A DNA stretch of 64,000 nucleotides from Camelus ferus (taxonomy: Eukaryota): NCBI RefSeq assembly GCF_009834535.1, contig NC_045696.1, positions 93,498,001 to 93,562,000 of the forward strand, in the 5' to 3' direction. Both the position numbers and the translations under genes were made by a program. The notes below the pieces were generated by a model. The model ran no database searches and was not told the origin of the DNA. It worked only from the letters and a program-made list of their open reading frames with translations. Below are positions 12,740-25,069 of the stretch, piece by piece (within the stretch, counting starts at the first letter, position 1; each line of letters begins with the position of its first letter).

Positions 12740-13896
12740 CCCAGAATGAGGGCCAGTTCCTTGATAGCTATTCATTGTTTACACATATCCTTCATCCATA
12801 TTTAAACTTACAAACTGAAACAGAAACATGTTTCCATCCACCTAAGGCAACTATCTCTTATATAAGATACCTTCATCACCTATCAAAAAAGAGAAGACCC
12901 CCGAATCCCATGTCACCATTTCCAACCTGAAGTAACGCTCATTCTTCTTCCAGTAAAGCCACAATCCCCCTTTGATATTTTCAACTAAAGATTACTAGAT
13001 TTACAACTACCGATAACTCTTATACTAAATAGTAGAGACAGTGGGGAGGGGGGAAACTAGTTAATATGTACAAATATCATCATAATAAAGCAAGGAAAAT
13101 ATATGCATAACTAATCCTCATTTTTGCACTTGATTACAAGGTTGCAGTTGATAATGATTAACTTTGTTTTTCTAGCATCTATTAACATATTCTCTTTTTT
13201 CTCTGCTAGTCCCACAGGTGGGCATGGTGCTTTATGAGTCATACTTTCATTGCTAAAGGAATTTAGCCCTTAATTTTCTTCTCTGTATTTCTATAGTCTT
13301 CACTTTTACTACTGGGTATAGAAGTACTAAAAGGCACTCCAGGAATGCTAGTTTCTAGGATTAGATCTCCTCTCTCCCATTGTGAAGCACAAATACTATT
13401 TCCTTTTGATAATCCGAATCAAGATCCCAAGCTAACACAGTAAATTCCTTCTTTGCCTGCTGGTGAAGAGGGACTAGAAGCTCCAAATGGCCGGATGAAA
13501 GCCTGTATTAGTTAGTAACGAACACCTCTAAATCAACAGAATCCAAAGTAGTAGGACAAGAGGCAGAAATTCTGTACGGGATTTATTGATAACAGTGGGA
13601 GGAGTCATGACCACTTTTGCCCCCTGGCTCTCCATGATTTCTGGCTAAGAAAGATACACCGTATCTTTCATATCATACTGGTAACAGTTGAAAGCACATA
13701 CTGCATCTTATAGGAAAGGACCCCCTCCTCAAATGTTGTTATCCAACTGACTCCATAATTGAGTCTTTAACAGGGACTTTCCTCTTGCTATCAGGCCACT
13801 TACTGCTGCATGACAAGGTAAATGGCAAGACAGGGAACTGGTTAAAGTGTGGGGTATCCTGATGGTGAATAAGGTATTTAAAATCTGTGGATTGTT
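12740..13896 (-). mobile_element. ERVL/MaLR-type internal segment (integrase C-terminus, dUTPase-like region, 3' internal)
   Basis: Minus strand of ~13375-13495 reads GHLELLVPLHQQAKKEFTVLAWDLDSDYQKEIVFVLHNG, resembling the ERVL dUTPase-like region. 13780-13896 resembles ERVL integrase. Heavily degenerate. Confidence 0.75.
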
Positions 13897-15377
13897 CTAA
13901 AATTTATATACATAGTCAGTGAAGTAGAAGAAAAAAGCTTGAACAGAAAAGAATAAAGTGGAAGGAACCACTCTACCCAATATTAAGGCCTACTATGTAG
14001 TTATAGTAATCAAAGCAGTGTGGTATTGGTGGAAGGAAAGATACATGGACAAATGAATCAGAATAAAGAATCCAGAGACAGACCTACACATATACAGCCA
14101 GCTGATTTCTGACAAGTGGGCAAAAGCATTTCAACTGAAGAAGGACAGCCTTTTTAACAAATGGTACTGGAACAACTGAATCCATAGGCTTCTCTCTCTT
14201 TCTCTCTCAAGCGCGAGCACACACACACACATGTGAACCTCAGCCTAAACTTTGTATCTTTTATAAAAATTAACTCAAAATAGATCGCAGGTTAAATGTA
14301 CAATGAAAACTATAAAACTTTTAGAATAATAACATAGGGAAAAAAAACACTTGGGATCTAGGTCCAAGCAGAGTTTGTAGACTTGACACAAAAAGCATGA
14401 CCCCTAAAAGGAAAACTTGATCATTAGACCTCATCAAAGTGAAAAACATTTACTTTGTGAAACATCCTATTAAAGGTATAAAAAGAACATTTATATTCTG
14501 AGAGAAACTATTTGCAAACCACATATCTGACACAGGACTATTATTTAGAACTTTCAAAATATAAAGAACTCTCAAAATTCAACAGTTAAACAAAGAAGAA
14601 ACAAACCAATTAGAAAATGGACAAAAGATACGAATAGCCATTTCACTCAAGAGGATGTATAATAATAAGTAGGCACATAAAAAGATACTCAACATCACTG
14701 GCCATTAGGGAAATGCAAATTAAAACCACAATGAGACATCACTATATATCTATAAGAATAACTAATACAAAAAGTAGTGAAACGCCAAATGCTGTAGAGA
14801 ATAAAGAGAAACTAGATCACTCATTTTTTCTCTAGTGAAATGGAAAATGATACAGCTACTACGGAAAACAATCTGGTAGTTTTCTATAAAATTATACATT
14901 CAATTTCCATATGACCTAGCAATTGCACTCTTGGGCATTTATCTCAGAGAAATGAAAACTTACATTCACACAAGCTATACAGGAATGCGCATAGTCCCAA
15001 ACTGGAAGCAATCCACATGTCTTTCAGTAGGTAAATGGTTAAAAAAACTGCAATACATTCATACCACAGAGTATTATTCAGCAAGAAAAAGGAATGAACT
15101 ATCGATAAATGCAACAACTTGGATGAACTGCCAGGGAATTATACTGTGTGGAAAGAGCTACTCCCAAAAGGTCATATGATATATCACTTCATTTATATTA
15201 CATTATTGAAATAAAATTATAGAAATGGAGACAAGATTAGTGGTTGCCTGGAGTCAAAAGTAGGGGCGTGGAAGAGAGGAGAGAGTGGCTATAAAAGGGC
15301 AACATAATGGATCCTTGTGGTGATGAAAATATTCAGTATCTTGACTGTATCAGTGTCAATATCCTAGTTGTGATGAT
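13893..15377 (+). mobile_element. L1 (L1MC-like) ORF2 3' end and 3'UTR fragment inserted in ERVL
   Basis: aaagcagtgtggtattggtgg…, gaaatgcaaattaaaaccacaatgagac and ggatccttgtggtgatgaaaatattcagtatcttgactgtatc. ORF 14931-15179 is ORF2p C-terminal-like. Confidence 0.9.
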
Positions 15378-15800
15378 ACTGATGGCAAGAGCATGCCAAG
15401 CTGGAAAAGCAAATCTTTATCCAGAGTAAATATTTGTTCCCAAGGAGCCAAATTGCTGTTCTCTCCATGAAATAGGGGTATAGTGTGATTAACCTATACC
15501 AAATGGCTGCCTGGTACTCCTGGGGAAATAGTACCACACAGGTGGCTCAATACTAGACTACTGTTGACAGGTGAGGTACTTTGCAGACACGTTATCCAGA
15601 TCAGCCTTGGTGAAGGGAAACTCCTGTTTTCAAGGCCCTGCATAACCTCCTTCCCCCTATGTAGATCCTTTATTTATGAGTCTGTTAAGCAAGCACTGCA
15701 GCTTGTAAGCAACCACTGACTTTTATCCATGTAATGTCTCCTCTTGCCCACCTGATTATTGAGAACCCCCTCTGCAGTGGGTGCTCTTTGCTATTCTACC
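15378..15800 (-). mobile_element. ERVL internal segment (integrase N-terminal/core), continuation of 12740-13896
   Basis: Minus strand resembles the ERVL integrase region around the WQVDYIGPLP…DTYSG motif (degenerate). Confidence 0.7.
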
Positions 15801-16377
15801 TTCTTTGTGTTACCATTTAACTTTTTTTAACTTCTGTGTGTCCTTTGTTTTCTTTGAGTCACTTTCATAGCTCATCCAAATGGGAATATTTTTCTTTTTT
15901 TTTTTTTTTCTCAATCTGACATTCTCAACTTTTAATTAGGAAATCTTACTCATTCACATTATAGGGAATTAGCAAAAGGAAATAAAGTAAATAAATGTAA
16001 TAACAAGAAACATGCTAACATGTTTTGTGTACCAACTATGTCAAAAAATAACATCTTTGTCAAGCCTGTGAATTATGCCTAAAAGCTTACAAACCATTTA
16101 ATACCTATAGTACACCTAAATATAAAGCTATTGAATAAATGTTAGTTACTAGGCTAGTTGTCTAGTTTTGAATCATAAATACAGTTACTATAGTGTTTAA
16201 ATAATATATTACATATATTTAAATATTATAAAATAAATGTAGCTTCATGTCTGAGTTATCTTTGGATTTTTCTAATATCATCTACAAATTTATTTTCACC
16301 ATCAAATAATGAGTCAGAGTCAGAGAGACTACAAAGCAGTATCACCAAACTCATTTTATGAACGAGAAAACTGAGGT

Positions 16378-16730
16378 AAGTAAGCAGTTGGATATTTGTG
16401 TCTGAGGTTCAGGAGTGAGGTCAAGGGCTTAGCAATCAGCATAAACATGGCATTTAAAGTTAGGAAACTAGACAGGATCCCAAAGGAAAGAGTGTAAGCA
16501 ATAAAAGGAAAAGTCAAAGAACTAAGTCTTAGGATGTTGTAAAATTTAGGTATCAAGTTGCTGAAAAGCAGCAGGCAAAGAAGTCTAAGAAGGGGCATCT
16601 AGACAATCAGATCAGTCACCGGGAAGTCATGTGCAGAAAGTGTTTCAAGGTGGAGAGATCAACTGCGTGAAGTGCTAAAGTGAAGCCTGAAAATGAATGA
16701 GTGAATTTAGCAATGTGGAAGACATGAAGA
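16378..16730 (-). mobile_element. L2 LINE fragment
   Basis: gcagttggatatttgtgtctgaggttcaggagtgaggtc…catggcatttaaag…gaatttagcaatgtggaagac, typical antisense L2. Confidence 0.7.
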
Positions 16731-16869
16731 CTTGGAAGGAAGAAACCTTGTTTTCCTCCCTTCCAAACAACTTTCCAAAGGAGACATACACATGGCTGCG
16801 AGATTGCCCATACATCCTTCAAGGGAACTTAATCATTCAGATTATGATGAACAGAGATGTAATACTGAT

Positions 16870-17130
16870 CATGAAAATAACAGCTCTGGGTTGAGTATTC
16901 ACTTTAGCTGGCACTGTGTTAGGCATTTAGAAGATATTAGCTTTGTTAACATAGAGATTATTACCCACTGATTTGCAGTTGAAGAAATTACCTGCTAGTT
17001 TGCCTATGAGGAAACTGAGGTTCAGAGAAATTAAATAATTTTCCCAAGTTATTTAGTTAATAAATAGTAGAACTGAATTTGAATTTGAAGTTTCTTGAAC
17101 TCAAAGCTTACAAATTCTACCCTACTACAA
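16870..17130 (-). mobile_element. MIR SINE
   Basis: gaggaaactgaggttcagagaaattaaataattttcccaag core. Confidence 0.75.
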
Positions 17131-18222
17131 TTATATATTGATAGAGATACGCATCTAGTTACATGTATGTGTCATTATAACAATAATTAAAAAAAAAAAA
17201 ACCAAAGAGGATGAAAAGAGAAAAACTTGGAGGCATAATTTTATACTAGAAGGGCCAAAACCACCAGGGAAATCTGTCTTCAAGCCAGATAGTGTTGATT
17301 GTTGTCTAAATAACACGGACTTTAAGAAGGGAAAAAAAAAAATCACTACATTTATAACTAGGTCAGGTATCTCTCCATAACATCATTAGGAAAACTGTTC
17401 CAGCGAATTAAAAGAAGATAAGCTTGTTTCCATAAATACACGCCTACAGACACAAACTTTCAGAATCATTAAGATGCAGATAGATGTTCACCAGTCATTG
17501 TCAGAAGTTAGAACCTCTATGAACTTATCAGCATGCATTTTTCTATCCTGCACCTATTTGTACAAGGTTGGAACTGGGTTTATTGTAATTTAACAGTCTC
17601 TTTTCATGTCTTTGCCCCTCTCCCTCTCTGTCTCCCTCTTTCTCTCTTTCCATATATATTTTTTCTATATTCTCTCTGTACATTTATAATAATTAAAATA
17701 TATATTTAAAATATTAGAAACATATATTCTGAGAAAGAAAAAGAGAATATGGAGGGAATATATATTGAGAGAGATTCAGCAATTAAAGCTATTTTAACAA
17801 TAGCTGGGAATCTTACAGGTGCATTACTTATTTTCTCATCCTAATCTTGCTACCAACTCACTAAGATTAGTATTTTCCAGGGGTTTGTTTTGTTTTTCTT
17901 TGCAGTAATTTACTGTAGAAAGTTTACAATTTAATAACAAACATAAGCTCACTCGTGAACAAATCAAACTGGTAACAATGTCTGCTCAGAGCATTTTCTT
18001 CTAACTGCAAATCCTACACTGTGTTAAAATGCATATGGATGATGTGGGTATGACTTACTGCCCTTTGTTTTCATTATTCCTGTAAGTCTGCTTTTAATTT
18101 GTTATTTATATGAGTTGCTTCCAGTAAGCAATCACTTAGTGCTATTGTAAATACAAAACTGAAGAAAATATGAAATGAAAATATAAGCTTTAGGAAATCA
18201 TATTCAACCGCATCAAAATTTC

Positions 18223-18621
18223 ATTGTATTCTAAGTGAAGTAAGCCAGAAAGAGAAAGAAAAATACCATGATATAATTTATATGTGGAACCTAAAAAAAA
18301 AAAAAAAAAAAAAAGTAAACCTATTTACAAAACAGAAACAGACTCACAGACATAGGAAACAAGCTTATGGTTACCAGGGCAGATGGGGGTGGGAAGGGAT
18401 AAACTGGGAGCTCAAGATTTGCAGATATTAACATATATAAACTAGATAAACCACAAGTTCATACTGTATAGCAAAGGGAATGGTATTCAATATCTTGTAG
18501 TAACTTATGTTGAAAAAAAATATGAAAACGAATATATGTATTGTCATGTATGACTGAAGCATTGTGGTGTACACTAGAAATTGACACAACATTGTAAACT
18601 GACTATACTTCAATAAAAAAA
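18223..18621 (+). mobile_element. Lineage-specific 5'-truncated L1 3' end
   Basis: ctaagtgaagtaagccagaaagagaaagaaaaatacca…gaaattgacacaacattgtaaactgactatacttcaataaaaaaa. Closely similar to the L1 parts at 24539-24797 and 48295-48700. Confidence 0.9.
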
Positions 18622-19059
18622 TATGCAATAGAAAATTTTGTAGTAAATTATATCATAGAAGAAAATGGTCATGACTTTCATACAAAATATTTCAGTAATA
18701 TAAAGAGACAAAGAAAATAATTTAAGATTATCACTGTAAATTTGATGCTGGCATTATTTCTAAAATAAAGGAAAAAAAGGAACTAACATTTGATTACCCA
18801 TTACATGCAGCAAACCCTAACAGATATTTCACTCTTTTATCCAGTAAATATGTATTCAGATTCTACAACAGACCAGATACTATACTAAGCATTAAGAGTG
18901 CATTAGAGAGAAAAGCAAAAGAACCAGAAAAATCCACACACTTATAGAGGTTTAATTCCCAAATTAATCATACTGCAAGTGATACCATCAAGAAAGTAAA
19001 AGAACATGCCACAGAATGGGATAAAATATTTGCAAATCTTATATACCTGATGTATGTTT

Positions 19060-19230
19060 ATTTATGTATATATTCACTATATCTAAGTATTATCTCTATT
19101 TTCTAAATTAGAAAACTCAAGCATAGAGAAATAAATCAACTTGTCTAAGTTTGCACATCTTATTAGGGGGCAAACAAATCTGAATTTGAATTAGATTTCC
19201 CCCAAACTCATTCTCTTCCACTGTGCTACA
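19060..19230 (-). mobile_element. MIR fragment (preceded by short L2 and L1 fragments at ~18820-19050)
   Basis: attatctctattttctaaattagaaaactcaagcatagagaaataaatcaacttgtctaag, a degenerate MIR core. Confidence 0.55.
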
Positions 19231-19289
19231 TACAACATTTTCCGCATTACATATCAACTGCCTAATTAACAAAAGATTTATAGATCTGC

Positions 19290-19568
19290 TTTTTAACTCC
19301 CCAGGATAAGCCACAAATTGAACGCAATACCAATAAAAATAACAGGAGTGGGTTTTTCTGGAGTTAGACAAGTTGATTATAAAATTCAGAGAGAAAAACA
19401 AGCAAGAATATGCAGGAAATCCCAATAACATGTACAAAGGGAGCCAACTAGCCATGTGAGACTGAAAAACATTATGAAATTTCTGCAGTTAAAACAGTAT
19501 AGTATTTACAATTAAACAGACCAAAGAAAAAGGATAGAAAATTTAAAAACAGACCTAATTGCACATGG
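19290..19568 (+). mobile_element. Old L1 (L1ME-like) ORF2 fragment
   Basis: gacaagttgattataaaattc…attaaacagaccaaag, a degenerate ORF2 3' region. Confidence 0.6.
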
Positions 19569-22500
19569 GTTTTTTAAATGAAACTGATTAAGTTTATGGA
19601 TATCTAATTCACATACCATGAAATACACCCATTTAAAATTTCTAATTCATTGTTTTATGGTATATTCACAGAGTTAAGCAACCATCACTACATTCAAATT
19701 TTAGAACATTTTATCACTCCTAAAAGAAACCATGTACCCATTAGCAGCCAGTTACTATTACCCAGCTCAACCCCGACTGCAAGAGATTAGACAACCGCTA
19801 ATTTAGTTTTCAGTCTCTATAGATTTCACATGAAATGACATTATCCAATAAGCAGTCTTTTGTAGCTGGCTTTTTTTCACTTAGCATAGTGTTTTCAAGG
19901 TTCATCCGTGCCATAGTATATATCAGTACTTTATTTTTTTGTTGCATAACAACTTATTTTTTATAGATACATCCTATTTATTTATTCATTCATCACTTGC
20001 TGGATATTTGAGTTGTTTTCATTTTTTGGCTATTATGAAGAGAACTGTGAAAATTCATGCATAGATTTTGTGAATACTTGTCTTTGTATTTCTCTTGGAT
20101 ATATACTTAGGAATGGAATTTCTGGTTCATGTATAACTCTAGGTTTAACATTTTGAGAAACTGCCGAACTGTTTTCAAAAGTGGCTGTACCGTTCTACAT
20201 TCCCAACAGCAGCGAATGAGGCTTCCAATTTTTCTACATCCTCACCAATGCTTGTAATTGTTGGTCTTTTTTGATATAGACATTTAGTGAATGTAAAGTG
20301 GTACCTCAAGGTTGCTTTTCCCTAATAATGATGTTAAGCATATTTTCATGCACTTATTTGTCATTTGTACATCTTTTTAGAAAAAAATTATTTAGATCTT
20401 TTGCCCATTTTAAACTGGATTCTTTATTTTCTATTATTGAGTGGTAAAGGGTTTTTAAATTGGAGGGGGGAGAATCCCTTATCAGATAGATATATTATTT
20501 GCAAATATTTTATCCCATTCTGTGGCATGTTCTTTTACTTTCTTCATGGTATCACTTGTGGTACAAAGTTTTTTATTTTGATGAAATCTATTTTATCTAT
20601 TTTGTTCTTTTCCTATTTTGCTTTTGGCTAAGAAACCATTGCCTAACCCAAGATAATGAAGATGTACTTCTGTGTTTTCTTCTAAGATTTTTTATAGTTT
20701 TGGCTCTTATATTTAGGTCTGTGGTCCAATTTGAGTTAATTTTTGTGTGCAGTGAGAAGTAGGGATCCAAATTTATTCTTCTACATATGTACATCCAGTT
20801 GTCCCAGTCCTATTTATTGAAAAAAAAAACTATTCTTTGTACATTGTTTGTCCTTGTTGAAAATCAATGACAGTAAATCTAAGAGCTTATTTCTGGACTC
20901 TCAGTTCTATTCTATTGGTGTTCATATCTAACATTATGCCTATTCCATACTTTGTTGATTATTGTAGTTTTGTAGTAAATGTTGAAAATAGAAACTGTGT
21001 TCTTCAATTTCATGTTTCTTTCAGCATTACTTTGGCTATTATGAGTCTCATATGAATTTTAGAATCAAATTCTCAATTTATGCAAAAAAAAAAAAGCCAG
21101 CTATAGTTTTCATAGGGATTGCATTAAATCTATAGATCAATTTGGGGACCATTGCCACATTAACAATATTAAGTCTACCATTCCATAACCATGAGATGTC
21201 TTTATTTAGATCTTTAATTTTATCCAACAATGTTTTATAGTTTTTAGTATACAAGCCTGTAGTTTTTTCCTTAAATTTATTCCTAAGTATTTCATTCTCC
21301 CTGATGCTATTATAAATGAAATTATATTCTTACATTCATTTTTCAGATTCTTTAATGCAAGTGCATAGAAATACAATTGATTATTGTGTATTGATCTTAT
21401 ATTCTATAAACTTATTGAAACTGTTATTCATTATAATTTTTTTGTGTGTATATGGACTCCTTAGGATTTCCTATATGCAAGATCAGGCCATCTGTGAGTA
21501 GAGATAGTTTTACTTCTACCTTTCCAATCTGGACTCCTTTTATTTCTTTTCTCTTTTCTTAACTGCCCTGCCTACAACCTTTAGTAAAATGTTAAAGAAG
21601 TGGCAGAGGAGACATCTAGTCTTGTTCTTGATATGTTGTCTTGTTCCTGCTTGTCTTCAGTCTTTTACCATTATGTATGAGGTTAGCTGTTTTATACAGA
21701 TGTCTTCTATTAGATTGATGAAGTTCCCAACTATTTTTAGTTTGTAAATGTTTTTGTTATGAAAGAGTATTATATTTTGTCAAATGAATTTTTTCTGCAT
21801 CTATTGAGATGGCCATGCAATTTTGTTCTTTATTCTATTAGCAAAGTATACTACAGGAATTGATTTTGGAATGGTAATCCAACCTTGTTGTGCTAGGCCA
21901 TAGTATATAATTTTTTTGCTTGATTGGTTTGCTAGTATGTTGTTGAAGATTTCTGTAACTATAATTATGAGATAAACTGTTTTATGGTTTTCTTTTCTTC
22001 CGTTATTTTTGTCTGGTTTTGATATCAGGCTAATACTGATCTTAGAGGATGAGTTGGGAGGTAATGCTTCCACTTCTATTGTTTTAAAGGGTTTGTGAAG
22101 GATTAGTAATAATCCTTTAAATGTTTGGTAGAATTCACCAGGGAAGCCATCTGACCTAGGTTTTTGTTTTGGGGAAGTTTTTACACGACTAGTTCAATCT
22201 CACTACTTGTTATTTGTTTATGTACATTGTCTTTTCTCGAGTCAGTTTATAGTTTGTCTCTTTCTAGAAATTTGTCCATCTCATTTAAGTTATCCAGTTT
22301 GTTGGCATTTCTAACTAGTTGCTCTAAGTATTCCTTTTCAATCCTTTTCATTTCTGTAAGATCAGTAATGATGTCTCCTGTTAATTTCCTTATCTTCAAT
22401 AATTGAGTTTTCCCTCTGTCAATTTTGTTGATCTTTTCCAAGAAGTGAATTCTTTTGAAAACTTTCGAATTCACTGATTTCTTTTTTTACTGTTCTATTT

Positions 22501-23201
22501 TCTATTATATTGATCTCTACTATAAGTTTTATTCTTTCTTTCTTTTTCTATCTTTGGGTGTGTTTTGCTCTTCTTTTTCCAGTTTCTTAAGGTGAAAAGT
22601 TAGATTATGTATTAAAAGATCTTTCTTCATTTTTAGAAAGGCATTTGCAAGTATAAATTTCCCTCTGAGTACTGCTTTACTTGCATATAACAATTTTTGG
22701 CTTTCTGTGTTCTGTTTTTATTTCTTTAGAAGTATTTTCTAATTTCCACAGTGAGTTCTTCTTTGACCCACTGGTTATTTCAGAGTATATTCTTTAATTT
22801 CCGCATATTTACAAATTTCCCGAAGTTTTTTCTGGTACTTATTTTTAATTTAAATTCCTTATAGTTAGAGAACATATTTTGTACAATTCCAACCCTTTTA
22901 GATTGATTGAGGCTTGTTTTATGGTTTAACATATGGTCTAACATGGAAAATGTTCCATATATGTGTCAGGTAAATGTATATTCTGCTGTTGTTGGGTGAA
23001 GTGTTCTACAAATGTGGGTTAGGTCTACTTGGTTTATGGTGTTATTCAAGTCTTTTATTTCCTTGTTGTTCAGTTCTTCTATTCCTCTCTAGTTGTTCTC
23101 TTCTGTATTGCAGGGGATTATCAAAGTCTCTAAATATTGTTGAATCGTCTAGTTCTCTCTTTATTTCTGTTTTTGCTTCATGCATTTTGGGCCTGTGCTG
23201 T

Positions 23202-23204
<3 letters not shown>

Positions 23205-23278
<74 letters not shown>
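23205..23278. repeat. (AT)37 microsatellite
   Basis: Uninterrupted AT run inside the L1 ORF2 remnant. Confidence 0.95.
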
Positions 23279-23290
<12 letters not shown>

Positions 23291-24504
23291 TTATTTATAA
23301 TATTTCTATATATTATAGGTCAAACTATAGCCACTTGCTTTCAACTTGGAGAACTTCCTTTAGTGATTCTTGTAAGGTAGCTCTACTATTGGTGAATTTG
23401 CTCACCTTTTATTTATCTGGCAATATCGTTATTTTGTCTTCATTTTTCAAAGATAGTTTTGCTGGATGTAAGATTCTTAGGCATTTTTTTTCCAGCACAT
23501 TGTTTTGATGAGAAGTCAGCTGTTACTCTTATTGGTGTTCCCTTGTATGTGATGAGACACTTTTCTCTTGATGTTTTCAATATTTTCTCTTTGTCTTTGT
23601 CTTTCAGCATTCTGTCTATGATGTGCATGGGTATGAATCTCTTTGTGTTCATCAGACTTTTTTGAACCTCTTGGATATATAGATATTTTACATCAAACTG
23701 AGAAGTTTTCAGCCATTATTTCTTTATTTTTTTCTGCCTTTTTCTCTTTCTCCTCTTCTTTGAGTGTTCTCATTACACATATCTAGATGCACTTAAAGGC
23801 ATTCCACATTTCTCTGAAGTTCTCTTTATTTTTCTCTATTGTTTTTTTCTCTGTTATTTAGATTGCATAATCTCTATTAGCTATCCTCAGTTTTATGGAT
23901 TCTTCCTTTCACAAGCTCAAATCTGTTGTTAAGCCATTCAGCGATCTCATCATTTTAGTTACTGTATTTTTGAATTCTAGACTTTTCATTTGGCTCTTTT
24001 TAAATGATTTCTACCATCTGATGTGACATTGTCATTATATCTGTCTTTAATTCTTTAAACATGATTTCTTTAGTTTTTAAACATATCTATGTAGTTTCCT
24101 TAAATTCTTTGTCTGGTTAAGTCTGATATTTAAACCTGCTAAATATTTTTGAGTTTACATTGTCTGCTTTTGTTCCTGAGTATGGGTCAAACTTCCCTGT
24201 TTCTTTGGATGTCTCTTAATCTTTGCCAAAGGCTGGACATTTTTGATAATATATTGTAAGCACCTTGAATACTGATTCATATCCCCAGTGTTTGTTGATG
24301 TCGTTTGCTTGTCTCTTTTTTTAAGTGACCTGGCTAGACTAATTTAGTGAAGTCTATTTTACCCATAGTATACAGTTTTTGACATCACTCTTAAAGAAGC
24401 ACCATCTGGAATACAAACATAGTCTTATTCAGTATGAAGTATGATTGTGATTTTAGCTTACTCTCTTTGACTGTCTCCTTTCCTGATCTCCCCATTAAGT
24501 TTCT

Positions 24505-24797
24505 TTTTTTAAAAAATTTAATTTAATTTATTTTTTTATTGAAGTATAGTCAGTTTACAATATTGTTTCAATTTCTGGTGTACAGCACATTGCTTAGTTA
24601 TACAAAAATATATATATATTCATTTTCATATTCTTTTTTCACAATAAGCTACTATAAAATATCAAATATAGTTCCCTGTGCTACACAATATAAACTTGTT
24701 TATCCATTTTATATATACCATTCAGTATCTGCAAATTTTGAATTCCCAGTTTATCCCTTCCTACCTCTATCCCCCTAGTTACCATAAGTTTGTTTTC
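24505..24797 (-). mobile_element. Young L1 3' end plus poly(A), the 3' part of a U6/L1 chimera
   Basis: Reverse complement is similar to 18356-18615. T-rich tail at 24505-24538. TSD cccattaagt(t/a)tct at 24491-24504 and 24905-24918. Confidence 0.92.
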
Positions 24798-24904
24798 AAA
24801 AATGTGGAACACTTCACAAATTTGCATGTCATTCTTGCACAGGGGCCATGCTAATCTTCTCTGTATCATTCCAATTTTAGTATATGTGCTACCGAAGTGA
24901 GCAC
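24798..24904 (-). pseudogene. RNU6: Full-length U6 snRNA retrocopy, the 5' part of a U6/L1 chimera
   Basis: Minus strand reads GTGCTCACTTCGGTAGCACATATACTAAAATTGGAATGATACAGAGAAGATTAGCATGGCCCCTGTGCAAGAATGACATGCAAATTTGTGAAGTGTTCCACATTTTT (107 nt). The ACAGAGA box is intact. There are 9 differences from canonical U6, 6 of them CpG transitions. The 5' flank is TSD/L1 sequence rather than a U6 promoter. Confidence 0.97.
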
Positions 24905-25069
24905 CCCATTAAGTATCTAATTGGTCTTTTTGTTGGTATCACATGCCATTCTTAATCACTACTAATTGCTGGCTAGTTATTTTATTTTTTAAATAATTGT
25001 TGAATCAGTTGTTACACAGTTGGATGCAACTGAAGTCAAGCACTTTGGCAGGAGTGCAGGTTGTTGTCA

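Larger units (their letters stand above)
19569..25060 (-). mobile_element. Long L1MB-like element (3'UTR, ORF2, ORF1 remnants), interrupted by (TA)n and the U6/L1 chimera
   Basis: 3' end at ~19570. ORFs 20597-20794, 21801-22073 (LPPNSSSKISISLISKPDK) and 22247-22474 (DNLNEMDKFLE) are ORF2p remnants. ORF 23440-23652 (DKEKILKTSREK..ITYKGTPIRVTADFS) is the ORF1p C-terminal region. Confidence 0.9.

Noticed and set aside
13822..15390. atggcaaga repeated at 13822 and 15382 as a TSD for the L1
   Set aside because: ERVL-like sequence continues for ~65 bp after the first copy, so the repeat does not abut the L1 and is probably coincidental.
24681..24869. ORF MIQRRLAWPLCKNDMQICEVFHIF…
   Set aside because: It is the conceptual translation of the U6 copy running into L1 3'UTR, not a protein.
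24798..24904. Functional U6 snRNA gene
   Set aside because: It has CpG-decay substitutions, is fused to L1 with a TSD, and its upstream sequence is old L1 rather than a PSE/TATA promoter.
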